DNA of 64,000 nt from Candidatus Gottesmanbacteria bacterium (GTDB lineage: Bacteria; Patescibacteriota; Microgenomatia; UBA10105; UBA927): NCBI GenBank assembly GCA_030679255.1, contig JAUXTO010000022.1, positions 128,915 through 192,914 of the forward strand. The letters are read 5' to 3'. Positions 35,068 to 43,727 of the stretch are shown piece after piece. Under the pieces are notes generated by a model. It was not told the origin of the DNA, searched no databases, and saw nothing but the letters and a program-made list of their open reading frames with translations. Each line of letters opens with the position of its first letter. The first letter of the stretch is position 1. A program made the position numbers and the translations under genes.

Positions 35068-35853
35068 ATGAAAAACACGGAGTTGTTTCCACTCACCCAA
35101 ACGCTGAGTGTCGCGTTGCTTTTTGCCAAGCGCGATATTTCCTCGCGGTACCTAGGATCCATCCTGGGTCCTCTTTGGGTCATCATCTCGCCCCTAGCCA
35201 CCGCAAGCATTACGACGATGGTATTTTCCGTGGTTTTTCGCCATGCATCAGAAGGAGTTCCTTATTTTTTTGTCGTACTCTCCGGATTACTTTCCTGGGG
35301 ATTTTTTAGCGCGTCTATTTCCCATGCTACCCGTTCGCTGGTCATCAATCGCCATATCATCTTAGCCCACAAATTTCCCCTTGCAGCACCAGTAATCGGA
35401 TCAATTGTTGGACGAATTGCAGATTACGTCATCGTGCTTTTGTTTCTTTTCGCTCTCCTGGTTTTTTTCGGTCATTCAGTCTCCCTCACAACGTTTTTTT
35501 TCCTTCCTCTTGTGCTCATCTTACAGCTTGCTCTTCAAATCGGGTTCGGGCTTATGCTCGCTGCTCTTAACTCCTATTACCGTGATGTTCAAAACGTCGT
35601 CGACGTTGCGCTCCAACTCGTGTTTTATACAACCCCCATCCTGTATCCACCTTCTGCCATACCACAACCCTATCGAATGTTCATACAATTTCACCCTATG
35701 TCCCTTGCCGTTGAAGCCACGCGGGCAATCCTCCTCACCTCCCGCGTTCCCGTCTATGAATTATTAGCGTTCACCGTCTGGTCATCCGTCATTATTACTG
35801 TGGGAATATATGTATTTCATAAGCTCGCCCGCCGTATGCCTGACGTCATATAA
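35068..35853 (+). CDS. wzm: ABC-2 type polysaccharide export permease (Wzm/TagG-like)
   Basis: Six TM helices; the N-terminus KRDISSRYLGSILGPLWVII is typical of ABC-2 permeases. Confidence 0.85.
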   Translation: MKNTELFPLTQTLSVALLFAKRDISSRYLGSILGPLWVIISPLATASITTMVFSVVFRHASEGVPYFFVVLSGLLSWGFFSASISHATRSLVINRHIILAHKFPLAAPVIGSIVGRIADYVIVLLFLFALLVFFGHSVSLTTFFFLPLVLILQLALQIGFGLMLAALNSYYRDVQNVVDVALQLVFYTTPILYPPSAIPQPYRMFIQFHPMSLAVEATRAILLTSRVPVYELLAFTVWSSVIITVGIYVFHKLARRMPDVI

Positions 35854-35859
35854 CAACGT

Positions 35860-36867
35860 ATGGGTAAACCACCCGCTATCACCGTCACGCATATTTCTAA
35901 ATCCTTTGATACCAAAAGAATCCGGAGTCTCAAGGACCGTTTGATACGAAAAAATAACGGGGAAAATTTGGTAAAAGCAATCGATGACATATCTTTTGTC
36001 GTGCCCGAGCGATCCATCATCGGACTCTACGGCCCTAATGGGTCAGGAAAATCGACGCTTCTGCGGCTCCTTGCCGGCATCATGACTCCGGACACCGGGA
36101 CAATTGCGACGCGCGGCTCGACCGCTGCGGTTCTGGATCTAGGCGCGGGGCTCTATGAAGAAGCGACCGGACGCGACAATGTATTTTTCGTCGGATCCCT
36201 CATGGGGATGACCTCAAAAAAAATCCACAAGGCTTTCCCGGATATCACCACATTTGCGGACATCGGTTCCTTTATAGACTCACCGGTCAAAATGTACTCC
36301 ACCGGCATGCGCGCACGACTGGCTTTTGCAATCGCCATCCACGCAAGCCGCGCTGATATACTCCTCTTAGACGAGATATTGGCGGTAGGTGACGCTGACT
36401 TTCAACTAAAATGTTTATCTGCCATGCGCGCGCGGGCAAAAACCAAAACCGTCATCCTTGCTAGCCACAACCTTGCGATACTCCAAAGGCTTTGCTCGCG
36501 CGTCCTTCTGTTGTCCGGCGGCCGTCTCCTCAACGAAAGCCAACAAAAAGTCATCGACCTTCTCAAGTCTCTTCCTGCGGGAGAATCGTTTACCGCCGAG
36601 GCCCTCTCCAACAGCATGCTTCCAATCATTCGCAAAGGCGACGCTCTTGCCGTTCACCGGTCGCCCTGGGAAAAAGTGAGCGTAGGAGATATCATCGCAT
36701 TCGCTTTCCCCAATCTCCCGCAAATCATCGTCCACCGCGTCACGGATGTGATAATCAAAAACAAAGAAAAAATCTGCTCAACCCAAGGAGATAGCGTTCT
36801 ATTTGAAGATTCCTGGCTCGTAAAAAAGTCAGACTATTTGGGAACCGTTAGGCGGTCTCCTCGATAA
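35860..36867 (+). CDS. wzt: polysaccharide ABC exporter ATP-binding protein with C-terminal extension (Wzt/TagH-like)
   Basis: Walker A GPNGSGKST, signature YSTGM, Walker B ILLLDE. A C-terminal domain of about 110 aa follows. Confidence 0.85.
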   Translation: MGKPPAITVTHISKSFDTKRIRSLKDRLIRKNNGENLVKAIDDISFVVPERSIIGLYGPNGSGKSTLLRLLAGIMTPDTGTIATRGSTAAVLDLGAGLYEEATGRDNVFFVGSLMGMTSKKIHKAFPDITTFADIGSFIDSPVKMYSTGMRARLAFAIAIHASRADILLLDEILAVGDADFQLKCLSAMRARAKTKTVILASHNLAILQRLCSRVLLLSGGRLLNESQQKVIDLLKSLPAGESFTAEALSNSMLPIIRKGDALAVHRSPWEKVSVGDIIAFAFPNLPQIIVHRVTDVIIKNKEKICSTQGDSVLFEDSWLVKKSDYLGTVRRSPR

Positions 36868-37114
36868 GGCCAAGTTTTTTGTATTCCCTGAGAAATCGGG
36901 CAACATCCTCCTCGACCTCGCTTTTGGGAGCGTCATATTCCTGACACATTTTTTTCACTATTACGTCGGGCGTTGTGGGTTTTTTGAGAAGTGACCAGAT
37001 GAACCCGGCAGTCTCATTGAGTTCACGGATGTGTTTTTTGTTGGGTTCGAGGAGAATCCAAGTGTTTCCGGTCTTTTTCGTTGTAATAGTATTATTTCGG
37101 ACGATCATTACCAT
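36848..37114 (-). CDS. PqqD-family protein (RiPP recognition element-like)
   Basis: About 88 aa; AGFIWSLL...TPDVIVKKMCQEYDAPKSEVEEDVARFLREYKKLGLIE matches the PqqD/RRE fold pattern. Confidence 0.6.
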   Translation of the reverse strand: MVMIVRNNTITTKKTGNTWILLEPNKKHIRELNETAGFIWSLLKKPTTPDVIVKKMCQEYDAPKSEVEEDVARFLREYKKLGLIEETA

Positions 37115-37165
37115 CAATCTATCAATAAAAGCGCAACTTGCACGATAATACGCGTATCGTGAGGC

Positions 37166-37273
37166 TTACAATACTGTTTTTTTACTTTCATGGTTCAAGT
37201 CGGAGCCAGCAACACGGTTATCGCGCGTCGGAAATCTTTCGGCTTTCTGTACATTTTTTTCTTTCTCATGCAT
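37166..37273 (-). CDS. unannotated 35-aa peptide ORF with strong Shine-Dalgarno (candidate precursor peptide)
   Basis: Manual translation: AGGAGGTG, a 0-nt gap, then ATG and MHEKEKNVQKAERFPTRDNRVAGSDLNHESKKTVL. It sits between the QueC-like stop and the PqqD-like start. Confidence 0.3.
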   Translation of the reverse strand: MHEKEKNVQKAERFPTRDNRVAGSDLNHESKKTVL

Positions 37274-37293
37274 CACCTCCTGATGAACTCATG

Positions 37294-38232
37294 CTATCGC
37301 CCGGACAATAGACCTGTCAAGCGCTGGGAGAAAACCTTGCCTCTGGATCGAATCCATCCCTCTGTTTCATAAATCGTTTTATCCACAACTCCCGCTTGTT
37401 TAAACTCCCACCGCCTGGTGTCGCACCCACCACATCTTCCGCAATGCACAGAGCCGCTCCGATAACAACTAAACGTGCGCTCAAGCGGCAACATTGCTTC
37501 GACTCCGATACGAATAATGTCTGCTTTGCGCGCAAACCATCCGGTTTCTTTTTCGATATAGAGAGATGCGTACTGAAGTGTGGGATCGGCAAGAAAGGTC
37601 ATCATATAGAGGAGGCTTGTACGCAGAAAGGTCAATGTTTGGCTTTTCACCCCCATCCCGTCCATGGCTGTCACCCCACAAAATATCGTCGTAAACGCGT
37701 GAGGGAGCCTGGACCGGAGTGATCCCATATAAAGCGCCGCCTGACCAGCTTCAAGCATAACGGATCCAGCACCGGGTCGCCAATTAAATGTTTTATGCTG
37801 CGGATCATACGAGTCCAATATTGCACGGGGTGTAAGCTCACTGCTTTTTTTCATATCAAAAATTTCTCTTGCTGCCGTCACCTCCGGTACAACAAGCGGC
37901 GCATGATACAAGTCTACAAATTTCTTCCGGTACATCTTGCTAAAAAAACTCAATGAAGAAACTTGAGCGTGATGATTATCATTGGTAACCATAAACGGGT
38001 AGACGTGAAGCCCAAACTCCTTCATCAGAATATACCACGCAACTGTTGAATCTATTCCACCCGACGCCATGAGTACGACGCGGGATCCTGGGCGCGGCAT
38101 GCGGAACACAAATCCACGTTTTTTCGAGACATATCGCTCAATCATGGCAACAAGATCGAGGTCTTCGTATTTTCGTTTACTCAATCGAGCAACAAATTGG
38201 TCTCTACTGATAGTAGGAATTGAGCTGAACAT
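37294..38232 (-). CDS. QueC-like PP-loop ATPase
   Basis: PP-loop VLMASGGIDSTVAW and a C-terminal zinc motif SCYRSGSVHCGRCGGCDTRRWEF, as in QueC. There is an N-terminal extension of about 50 aa. Confidence 0.6.
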   Translation of the reverse strand: MFSSIPTISRDQFVARLSKRKYEDLDLVAMIERYVSKKRGFVFRMPRPGSRVVLMASGGIDSTVAWYILMKEFGLHVYPFMVTNDNHHAQVSSLSFFSKMYRKKFVDLYHAPLVVPEVTAAREIFDMKKSSELTPRAILDSYDPQHKTFNWRPGAGSVMLEAGQAALYMGSLRSRLPHAFTTIFCGVTAMDGMGVKSQTLTFLRTSLLYMMTFLADPTLQYASLYIEKETGWFARKADIIRIGVEAMLPLERTFSCYRSGSVHCGRCGGCDTRRWEFKQAGVVDKTIYETEGWIRSRGKVFSQRLTGLLSGR

Positions 38233-38242
38233 ATTGGTAGAT

Positions 38243-38986
38243 CTATTTTTGCAGTACCCCTAAAGCATTCACCCCATCTATAAACTCCAACATATGGTGA
38301 CCTTTTAGCTCCTTCCAAAATTTCCATACCCCAAACTCACTGTCGTTATATGCGCCCTTGGTGTTGATGTCGTGAAGCGCCATCATTCCTCCATCGGTAA
38401 GTCGCGGCCAAAACAAATTAAAGTCCTTTTTCACCCCCGCATAACTATGGTCTCCGTCTACATATATATAGGTATATTTGCGGTTCGGGTATTTCCTCGC
38501 ATAGTCCACCGACGTCATGACGTAGGTCGTGAGATGGTCTCCTATTCCGAGTACAGAAAAATGTTCCTGTGGATTATTTTTTTTCCAAAACCCGGTACCT
38601 CCCCAATTGCCCGGCTCGCCCGCGTCATACCCCGCGTCCACAAAATCGACGTGGCCGTGGCGGTTGTATTTACACGCCAGCGCACATACCGCAGGGATAA
38701 ATCCCTGCCGGGATCCAATACAGAGCACGCGTTCGGGATTGAGTGTGTTGATAAACCCGGCATGCAAAAATCCAAATCCTAAATTTCCGGTTTTCGTGAT
38801 CGCCCCATGGCCCATGGAGCCGTTAAAATATTTTATGAGATAGGATGTGTTCCCAAAGCGGTATAAATCCGATGTCATTTTTTTCCGCAACATTCCCTTT
38901 TCGACGAACGCATGGTAAGCATCGTATAATCCGAATAGATTTGCCAATCGCTCAATCCGTGAAAATCCTATCTTTCGCAGTTTCAT
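38243..38986 (-). CDS. class I SAM-dependent methyltransferase (TylF/CmcI, Methyltransf_24-like)
   Basis: IYVDGDHSYAGVKKDFNLFWPRLTDGGMMALHD is the signature of the macrocin/CmcI O-methyltransferase family. Confidence 0.65.
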   Translation of the reverse strand: MKLRKIGFSRIERLANLFGLYDAYHAFVEKGMLRKKMTSDLYRFGNTSYLIKYFNGSMGHGAITKTGNLGFGFLHAGFINTLNPERVLCIGSRQGFIPAVCALACKYNRHGHVDFVDAGYDAGEPGNWGGTGFWKKNNPQEHFSVLGIGDHLTTYVMTSVDYARKYPNRKYTYIYVDGDHSYAGVKKDFNLFWPRLTDGGMMALHDINTKGAYNDSEFGVWKFWKELKGHHMLEFIDGVNALGVLQK

Positions 38987-39117
38987 ATTGGAAATGGTTG
39001 CGGTCAGTTGTTCCTGACGAACTCCTGATCTTTGCCGTGTTTGTCCTCTCCCACCTAATCGTTGCCAATTATAAACCATATTCGATAGTAATTATTATCT
39101 ATATCTTGTTTCTGGTA

Positions 39118-40437
39118 ATGGTAACGAAAAGCATAACTTCATCATTGTGGTACGCGACTCTCGGTACCCTATTTTTTTTTAAAGCAAAATATTTCTCCAT
39201 TCCGTTTATTTCTGAGATGGCCGCGGGTGAGGGGCTTACCACGGAAACGCCGTTCGTATACTACATTTCGTTCTCCATGATACTCCTTATCCTCCTCATT
39301 TTTTCTATTCTCCGCGCACGCAAAGGCGCCTCCGTTGTCATGCCGGTATTTGGAGAGTCCGTCCTGCTTGCTGTCTTTCTTGTCATCGGCTCCGTCTCAT
39401 CGGTGCTATCGGCATTTGGCACCATAAGTTGGTTTTCTCTTTTTATCATGTTTGAATATGTACTACTGTTTTACGTCAGCATTATCATGTGTTCAGATAA
39501 AAAAGTTTTCCGGTTGACGATCCGGATGATTATAGCGTTTGTCGCCCTGAACGCGCTTCTTATCGTCCTCCAAAAATTGCGTGGTGGACCAATCGGCATT
39601 ATCCTCGAAGATATCTCATCTGGGGCATTTGGACGATTTCCCACGGAAACGCCCGGGTTCTATCGACCCGGAGGTATCTATTTTGAACCGAATCTTCCCG
39701 CGTCACTTATCAATCTCATACTCCCGGCAGCGTTATATTTTGTTCTGACGCACATAAAGGGATTGGTGGGCGTTGTGCTAAGAATGTCTTTACTAACGTT
39801 ACTCGCCGCGCTTATCGCTACGGGAAGTCGTGCAAATTGGGCAATTGGCGTTATCGCAATGTCGACAACCGCATGGTATTACCGGCAGAAAAATACATTA
39901 TCAACAATATTCACAAACCCACGGTTCATCGTTATGATAGCTATCGTTCTGCTCATGCTCCTTCCCACAATTTTTTCTAGAATCTCTTCAATCCCAATAT
40001 CGTTTACTGGTGATACCGGGGGGTGGCAGTTTCGCTTGCGGCACATAACTATTGCCAAAGATATCATGAGCACAAATATTTTTGGCGTGGGTTTGGATGT
40101 GTTCCAATATCATATTCTTGATCATTATTCGCCTACCTATTATTTCTCCCACTTCACCGCTCCACACAATGTCTTGGCAGAGGCAGGAAGCGCGACGGGC
40201 TTCATCGGGCTTGGAGTATTTATTTCTTTTTTCGTAGTTGTGTTGTATCGTCTCTTTAAAAATTTCAAAGGAGACAATGCTGCCGCATCTGGCATCAATG
40301 CCGCGTTATTGATAGGATATGCTACGTACCTGCTTTCTGCGCAAGTTTATCCATGGCTCTTTACGCCGCCCTTAAGCGAATTGTCCTGGATTATCCTGGG
40401 ATGTCTCTATGCAAAAACCGCAGCAATCAAAAAATAA
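39118..40437 (+). CDS. O-antigen ligase-like polytopic membrane protein (Wzy_C)
   Basis: Many TM helices and the Wzy_C motif TGSRANWAIGVIAMS. The start is uncertain: the longer ORF from 38845 would overlap the divergent methyltransferase gene. Confidence 0.5.
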   Translation: MVTKSITSSLWYATLGTLFFFKAKYFSIPFISEMAAGEGLTTETPFVYYISFSMILLILLIFSILRARKGASVVMPVFGESVLLAVFLVIGSVSSVLSAFGTISWFSLFIMFEYVLLFYVSIIMCSDKKVFRLTIRMIIAFVALNALLIVLQKLRGGPIGIILEDISSGAFGRFPTETPGFYRPGGIYFEPNLPASLINLILPAALYFVLTHIKGLVGVVLRMSLLTLLAALIATGSRANWAIGVIAMSTTAWYYRQKNTLSTIFTNPRFIVMIAIVLLMLLPTIFSRISSIPISFTGDTGGWQFRLRHITIAKDIMSTNIFGVGLDVFQYHILDHYSPTYYFSHFTAPHNVLAEAGSATGFIGLGVFISFFVVVLYRLFKNFKGDNAAASGINAALLIGYATYLLSAQVYPWLFTPPLSELSWIILGCLYAKTAAIKK

Positions 40438-41272
40438 CATCCAGATCCTCATCACCAACAAGCTCAAGCGTCTCACGCTTTTTGATTATTTCATGGGTAT
40501 TCTCCTCGTGGGTATTGCTGTGTTTTTCATATTTACATTCAGCAGAACGGAACAAACCGTGCTCGTCGACCTCACGTTTGAACGGGTGGGACAGGGGAAC
40601 AACTTCTTCCCTCCGGAGTATTGGGCCGCGGAAGATATTACCGTTGGAGCCGTAGTGTACAACGCGCTCGGTAATAAAATCGCGTCGGTCAAAAAAGTAT
40701 CCCGTGTCCCGTGGCGCGGGGGATCGCGGCTCTACACATACCTGACGATTGAGCTGAAGGCGCTCTACCATAAGGCAAACCGGACATACTCCTATGAAGG
40801 GTCTGCCTTGGCTGTAGGCCAAAAACTCACGTTCCTCATCCGCAACACTAACTACACCGGTATTGTAAAAAATATATATGTAAATGATCTGCCAACGCCT
40901 CCGGACGCCATCAAAAGCGCGCAGGTTTCCTTATACTGCAGAGAGTACGAACCGTGGCATGCCGACGCTATAAAAAATCTCACAGTCAAAGATCAAAATG
41001 GAAAAATAAAGGCAAAAATTCTGTCGGCACAAATCTCCCCGGCTCAAATCGCCGTAGAAACATCAGATGGCAGAATTGTCGAGGCGCGCCATCCGTATAA
41101 AAAAGATCTCGATCTCACCGTTGCGCTCTATGATCTGAGATGCACGGATAATACTATGTGTTTATATAATGAAACTCAATCGTTTTTTATCGGCTCAGAG
41201 CTCTGGTTGGATTCTGGCACAACGTGGGTGGGGGCGCGCTGTTCAGTGAAAGACTTTACGCTTCTCAAGTAA
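40409..41272 (+). CDS. membrane-anchored hypothetical protein
   Basis: One N-terminal TM helix; no recognisable motif. It sits within the glycan locus. Confidence 0.4.
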   Translation: MQKPQQSKNNIQILITNKLKRLTLFDYFMGILLVGIAVFFIFTFSRTEQTVLVDLTFERVGQGNNFFPPEYWAAEDITVGAVVYNALGNKIASVKKVSRVPWRGGSRLYTYLTIELKALYHKANRTYSYEGSALAVGQKLTFLIRNTNYTGIVKNIYVNDLPTPPDAIKSAQVSLYCREYEPWHADAIKNLTVKDQNGKIKAKILSAQISPAQIAVETSDGRIVEARHPYKKDLDLTVALYDLRCTDNTMCLYNETQSFFIGSELWLDSGTTWVGARCSVKDFTLLK

Positions 41273-42046
41273 TAATTTTCCAATCGTCCGTATTTTTTCG
41301 GATAACGGTGCCGACCGGAGCATCTCGGGGTACCGCTGAGCCACCAACCGGAACGCGCCACTGAGGCGCGCCCTGTGAGCAATAAACGCAAGCGTTCGGG
41401 GTCGTTCTTCGTGGTGCACGGTCCACGAACGATGCAGCGCAATGCTTTTGTCGCCAAGCCGGATCCGTAATCTACATCCCAAATCAATGTCGCTTCCATA
41501 ACGCAACGATTCGTCAAACGTCAACCCGTCCGAGGCTTGAGGCAACAAGCGGAGGGCACAGCATTTCGTATCCAGAATGTTACTGTAATCACCGGTAATG
41601 TTATATAAAAACCACAGACGATACAGCGCCAACGAAATTCTGGTAAATAAACCCGTATCCGGATCAACGCCCGTCATCCCCTGGACCGCATTGATTGTCA
41701 TTGCTTTTTTACTTCGGAAAAATTCTGTGATCGTGACTATCCACGCCTCTGACGGCAAACAGTCATCATCAATAAATATCATCCACTTAGCCCGGCTCCT
41801 TGCCGCACGAAGAAGTGTGTTTCGTGCTTTTGAAATGTTTGCTTCCTGTTGCCTGAACACTATAATACGTAAACGTGTAAATATGGAAAAGTCTCTTTGT
41901 AGTAATTCATTACTCCCATTTTCGTTTATGTAAACATCTATTATGGCATCGCATTGACTCTGAAGCACGCTCAATAACCGAAGAAGTTTGTTGCGCCTGC
42001 CGGAAGTGACTATGCCGATGATAAATAATTTCTTTTTAATTTTCAT
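41243..42046 (-). CDS. family 2 glycosyltransferase
   Basis: IIGIVTSGRRNKL...IFIDDDCLPSEAW, the GT-A DXD region. The start is set at MKIKKK, so that it abuts the divergent gene at 42047. Confidence 0.7.
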   Translation of the reverse strand: MKIKKKLFIIGIVTSGRRNKLLRLLSVLQSQCDAIIDVYINENGSNELLQRDFSIFTRLRIIVFRQQEANISKARNTLLRAARSRAKWMIFIDDDCLPSEAWIVTITEFFRSKKAMTINAVQGMTGVDPDTGLFTRISLALYRLWFLYNITGDYSNILDTKCCALRLLPQASDGLTFDESLRYGSDIDLGCRLRIRLGDKSIALHRSWTVHHEERPRTLAFIAHRARLSGAFRLVAQRYPEMLRSAPLSEKIRTIGKLLLEKRKVFH

Positions 42047-42637
42047 ATGAACCAACATCTCGCCATCATATTCTGGGACCTTGGCATTGGCGGCGTCCAA
42101 ACGCGCATCAGTGCGGTCGTAGAAAAGATTCTTACCACCCATCCCAAAGCATTTATAACAATCATGCTTTATGAACGGAAAACGAACGAGGTTGTGATTT
42201 CGAACAATCCGCGTGTTTCCATTGTGTCGTTTCCTGGTTCCTATACTATCAAATCCCGGTTCTTCACAAAAAAAATCTGGCGGTTTACAACCCTCCAGTT
42301 TGCTCTATGGATGTATTATCAACTCTTCACTGTCCGTCCAACCCACGTGCTGGTGTTTCTCAACCGTCTTTCGTTTTCAGTCGCGTGGTATATTCTCTTG
42401 CTAAAAATTCTCCGGTCTGCCCCACACTTCGTTATCAACGAACCGGTTGTGCTGTCTGACTATCTCCAGCGCAGGGATCCTCATTGGCAACCATTCATGA
42501 TTACTTTTTCACACGCCGTTGCCGATACAGTAATCGTTGCGACTCGATCAGTGAAGGGAGATCTCATTAAGAATTTTCAGACAAATCCGAAAAAAATAAT
42601 CGTCATCCCCAGTTGGACAAAACACCATGAAAACTGA
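42047..42637 (+). CDS. GT4 N-terminal-domain-only paralogue (truncated duplicate of downstream gene)
   Basis: 196 aa that align with the N-terminal half of the 42627 GT4 gene (IIFWDLGIGGVQTR vs ILYWSTKIGGVATI; VLVFLNRLSF vs ILVFLNRFTL). It lacks the C-terminal nucleotide-binding domain. Confidence 0.5.
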   Translation: MNQHLAIIFWDLGIGGVQTRISAVVEKILTTHPKAFITIMLYERKTNEVVISNNPRVSIVSFPGSYTIKSRFFTKKIWRFTTLQFALWMYYQLFTVRPTHVLVFLNRLSFSVAWYILLLKILRSAPHFVINEPVVLSDYLQRRDPHWQPFMITFSHAVADTVIVATRSVKGDLIKNFQTNPKKIIVIPSWTKHHEN

Positions 42638-43727
42638 TGTGTCTGTGGCCATCCTCTATTGGAGCACAAAAATCGGTGGAGTCGCAACGATTATTCCATC
42701 GATTGCGGCTCGTCTCCGACAACGCCATGCAACGAGTGTTTCCGTCTTTCTCAAGCGGCGGGACGGAATAATCACACGTGCTGCAGAGAGAGCGCGTTTT
42801 CATTACTTTTCAAAAAACACGTATTCCGGGGCCAAAATTGCATTCATGTCTTGGCTTTTGCATAACCTGTTCATCGCGAAACCGGATTATATCCTCGTCT
42901 TTCTCAACCGATTCACGCTTGTAGCCGTTCTCTATAAATTGTCAGCGGCCCTACTTGGACGTAAAACGGTTATCGTCATAGACCAGGCTGCGGTTCTCGA
43001 TTCCTATCTTTATCAGTATGAATCGTGGTACTGGAAGCCCATGATGCGCGCGTGCTTCACATTCGTTGACCGCATCATCGTCAATAGCCGTGCGATTGAA
43101 AAGGATCTCAATCATAATTTCTCGGTTTCTTCTGCTAAAATACGACTCGTCAGGAGTTGGGTTGTCCCAGCAAAACGTGCGCGCACTATGAAAAAAAGAT
43201 ATGATTGCATTTTCGTCGGCCGTCTGTCTCCCGAAAAGGGGATTGAGACCCTTCTGGATACGGCTGTTTATTGTCAAACTAAAATACCCGGTTTTTCGCT
43301 TGCAATCATCGGTGACGGAGCGTTGAAAGGGTGGATGATAGAAGATATCCGAAAAAGGGGATTGGCCCCAAATATTTCATATTTAGGTTATCAAATAAAT
43401 CCCCGGAAATTTATGCGGCAGGCAAGTCTCCTTCTTCTTCCTTCTTATAATGAGGGGTTGCCCATGGTTATTCTTGAGGCATATTCCGTCGGGATTCCTG
43501 TTGCAGTAACACCGTTTTTGGGGGCCGGCGAGGCGGTGGAAAATGGTAAAACAGGAATTATTACCGGTCGCGACGAGTATCCGGCAGCAGTCTGCCGCCT
43601 GCTTGGCGACACAAAAAAACTAGCAGACATGGGAAGGGCTGCACATATAAAAGCAAAAAATGATTTCGGGATGCAGAATCTGGATCGTTTTGTCGAAACG
43701 ATCTTTGCTACCCGGCGTGCATCTTAA
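42627..43727 (+). CDS. family 4 glycosyltransferase (GT-B)
   Basis: The C-terminal GT4 region FVGRLSPEKG...EGLPMVILEAYSVGIPVAV is intact. Confidence 0.85.
   Translation: MKTDVSVAILYWSTKIGGVATIIPSIAARLRQRHATSVSVFLKRRDGIITRAAERARFHYFSKNTYSGAKIAFMSWLLHNLFIAKPDYILVFLNRFTLVAVLYKLSAALLGRKTVIVIDQAAVLDSYLYQYESWYWKPMMRACFTFVDRIIVNSRAIEKDLNHNFSVSSAKIRLVRSWVVPAKRARTMKKRYDCIFVGRLSPEKGIETLLDTAVYCQTKIPGFSLAIIGDGALKGWMIEDIRKRGLAPNISYLGYQINPRKFMRQASLLLLPSYNEGLPMVILEAYSVGIPVAVTPFLGAGEAVENGKTGIITGRDEYPAAVCRLLGDTKKLADMGRAAHIKAKNDFGMQNLDRFVETIFATRRAS

Noticed and set aside
38845-39117. N-terminal extension of the Wzy_C-like ORF starting at 38845
   Set aside because: It would overlap the divergent methyltransferase gene by about 140 nt. 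An internal start (ATG 39118 or GTG about 39034) is more plausible, although the extension does contain a hydrophobic helix, so this is not certain.
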